Source: Gemmatales bacterium (GTDB taxonomy: Bacteria; Planctomycetota; Planctomycetia; Gemmatales; HRBIN36). Taken from it: a DNA stretch of 64,000 nucleotides. Under the pieces are notes generated by a model. The model was not told where the DNA came from. It did not search any database and saw only the letters and a list, made by a program, of their open reading frames with translations. Shown one piece after another: positions 61,953 through 64,000 of the stretch; the stretch's first letter is position 1; each line of letters starts with the position of its first letter. The position numbers were made by a program, and so were the translations under genes. The DNA is taken from assembly GCA_041640595.1 (NCBI GenBank), contig JBEPZY010000005.1:273160-337159 (forward strand), in the 5' to 3' direction.

Positions 61953-64000
61953 TTAGCGGAAAGCATTACCTGCCACGTCACGAATGGATGAGCCGTTCAC
62001 GAGAACGAAACTACCGAAGTTATAGGCTCTGGCATCCCATACCTCGCCGGCCCGTAATCGGTAACCGAAATAGAGCGAATTCGTCCCGGCACCTCGCAAG
62101 TACGTTGCTTCACGCCGCTGCCCGCGAAAGACAAATTCCAGTTGGGGCCTCGGCTGATTTCTGCCAGTCAGATAGACATTTTCGTCAAACACGACTCGGA
62201 AAATGACCCAATCGCCGGGCCGATAAAGTTTCCGGGTCGGCGGCAAGAACCATAGCACCTTCGGAGGCTGACCATCTACCAGCAAATTCGTCCATCTCAC
62301 TCGGGGCAAAGTCCTTTGTACCTCGCCGCCATAGATGCTCTGCAGCTGGCCACTCAATTCGCTGCCTAGCTGTAGCTGGCGAGCCTTCGGTTCCCCCGCC
62401 GGCACCACATACCGGAACACCATCTGTCTCGTACCCAGCCCGCTCACATAATCGGCCCAGCGGAGACGATCATCCAGCCAGATGGGCAGACTCAACCTCC
62501 CGCTCGACACATTGACCACCGGCAAATCAAATTCTACTTGCACAACGATCGCCTGCCCTGCTCCATAATATCGGTAACCTTCCTCCGGCCGACGAACGCT
62601 AAGGATTCGCGCTGTTATGCCGTCAATCCGTACCAGTTCCAGGACCGTCTCTTCCAAAGCGAGGTCGGCCATGTTTCCTGACGAATCCGCAATCCTTGTC
62701 CCGTCGCCTACCAGCACCGGGCCATGCAGTCTAATTCCCGTTGCTGCGTAATCGCCCGCCTGTACCGTGTAGCGGAAGAGCAGACTTGCCGAACCGCTGC
62801 CGGAGACGTAGGCGGCATAGCGGGTCGTGCTGCCGATGGTCAGCACCAGCCGCGGCGTGCCGGTAACGTTCACCGTGTCGTCGAACTGCACGGTGAAATC
62901 GAGGTTCTGGCCAACGATGTAGGTGCCGGGAGCCGGCCCCGTCACGCTGGTAATCGTCGGAGCCACACCGTCCACCAGCACGCCACTGGTGTTCGGCGGC
63001 GTGAAACTCAGCACCGCATCGTTGCCCGGAACGTCTTTGATCGTCCCGCCGTTGAGGTCAATCGGCGATGCAACGGCAATGCCATCGCTGTCCAGGTCGC
63101 CCGATTGCACTGTGTAGCGGAAGAGCAGGCTTGCCGAACCGCTGCCGGAAACATACGTGGCAAAGCGAGTCGTGCTGCCGATGGTCAGCACCAGCCGCGG
63201 CGTGCCGGTAACGTTCACCGTGTCGTCGAACTGCACGGTGAAATCGAGGTTCTGGCCGACGATGTAGGTGCCGGCAGCCGGGCCCGTAACGCTGGTAATC
63301 GTCGGAGCCACACCGTCCACCAGCACGCCACTGGTATCCGGCGCCGTGAAAGTCAGCCCCGCATCGTTGCCGCTGGTATCCTTGATCGTCCCGCCGTCGA
63401 GGTCAACCGGCGAAGCAACGGCAATGCCATCGGTGTCCAGGTCGCCCGATTGCACCGTGTAGCGGAAGGTCAGTGTGCTCGTGCCCGAGCCGCTCAGATA
63501 CGTGGCATAGCGGGTCGCGCTGCCGATGGTCAGCACCAGCCGCGGCGTGCCGGTAACTGCCACCGCCTCGCTGAACACCACGGTGAAATCGAGGTTCTGG
63601 CCGACGATGTAGGTACCGGCAGTCGGGCCCGTAACGCTGGTAATCGTTGGAGCGACACCGTCCACCAGCACGGTAGTGGTATCCGGCGGCGTGAAAGTCA
63701 GCACCGCATCGTTGCCCGGAACGTCTTTGATCGTCCCGCCGTTGAGGTCAATCGGCGAAGCGACGGCAATGCCATCGCTGTCCAGGTCGCCCGATTGCAC
63801 TGTGTAGCGGAAGAGCAGGCTTGCCGAACCGCTGCCGGAGACGTAGGTGGCATAGCGGGTCGCGCTGCCGATGGTCAGCACCAGCCGCGGCGTGCCGGTA
63901 ACGTTCACGATGTCGTCGAACTGCACCGTGAAATCGAGGTTCTGGCCGACAATGTAGGTGCTGGCAGCCGGGCCGGTAACGCTGGTAATCGTCGGAGCCA
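61953..64000 (-). CDS. Large repetitive surface/adhesin-like protein with 115-aa beta-rich (Ig-like) repeats, 5'-partial
   Basis: Units VDGVAPTITSVTGP.AGTYIVGQNLDFTV...GTPRLVLTIGS...SGSG...FRYTVQ...GNDA with 345-bp period; frame runs off the window end. Confidence 0.85.
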   Translation of the reverse strand, partial: APTITSVTGPAASTYIVGQNLDFTVQFDDIVNVTGTPRLVLTIGSATRYATYVSGSGSASLLFRYTVQSGDLDSDGIAVASPIDLNGGTIKDVPGNDAVLTFTPPDTTTVLVDGVAPTITSVTGPTAGTYIVGQNLDFTVVFSEAVAVTGTPRLVLTIGSATRYATYLSGSGTSTLTFRYTVQSGDLDTDGIAVASPVDLDGGTIKDTSGNDAGLTFTAPDTSGVLVDGVAPTITSVTGPAAGTYIVGQNLDFTVQFDDTVNVTGTPRLVLTIGSTTRFATYVSGSGSASLLFRYTVQSGDLDSDGIAVASPIDLNGGTIKDVPGNDAVLSFTPPNTSGVLVDGVAPTITSVTGPAPGTYIVGQNLDFTVQFDDTVNVTGTPRLVLTIGSTTRYAAYVSGSGSASLLFRYTVQAGDYAATGIRLHGPVLVGDGTRIADSSGNMADLALEETVLELVRIDGITARILSVRRPEEGYRYYGAGQAIVVQVEFDLPVVNVSSGRLSLPIWLDDRLRWADYVSGLGTRQMVFRYVVPAGEPKARQLQLGSELSGQLQSIYGGEVQRTLPRVRWTNLLVDGQPPKVLWFLPPTRKLYRPGDWVIFRVVFDENVYLTGRNQPRPQLEFVFRGQRREATYLRGAGTNSLYFGYRLRAGEVWDARAYNFGSFVLVNGSSIRDVAGNAFR

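Overview
Gene-dense bacterial chromosomal window (about 60% GC by eye). The gene repertoire (Tat-exported Gfo/Idh/MocA oxidoreductases and TIM-barrel protein, sulfatase, Hanks-type Ser/Thr kinase, many secreted hypotheticals) suggests a Planctomycete, possibly Gemmatales; this is inference only. Most content is housekeeping or metabolic: SSS symporter, YchF-like ATPase, MATE, ggt, truD, aroF-tpiA, HtrA protease, sod, amtB-glnK, amrS, GT2/flippase-like pair, HDAC, rsmE, ECF T/A components, bioD, mdh, gap-pgk and the 3' part of a large repeat adhesin-like gene. No rRNA, tRNA, CRISPR array or IS element was recognised. The most interesting signals are not visible in the ORF track: (1) a tandem array of four small lipoprotein genes at 38.7-39.8 kb, three of them only 46-54 aa with the lipobox Cys at position 20; (2) degenerate GTGRYCA heptamer arrays directly upstream of tpiA, gap and pgk; (3) a highly structured ~155-nt RNA candidate with its own sigma70-like promoter upstream of truD; (4) a secreted protein with 19 FNF-glycine repeats; (5) a 5'-truncated porin next to a sigma54-like amtB promoter; and (6) a probable catalytically dead subtilisin-like protein in a low-GC tract.
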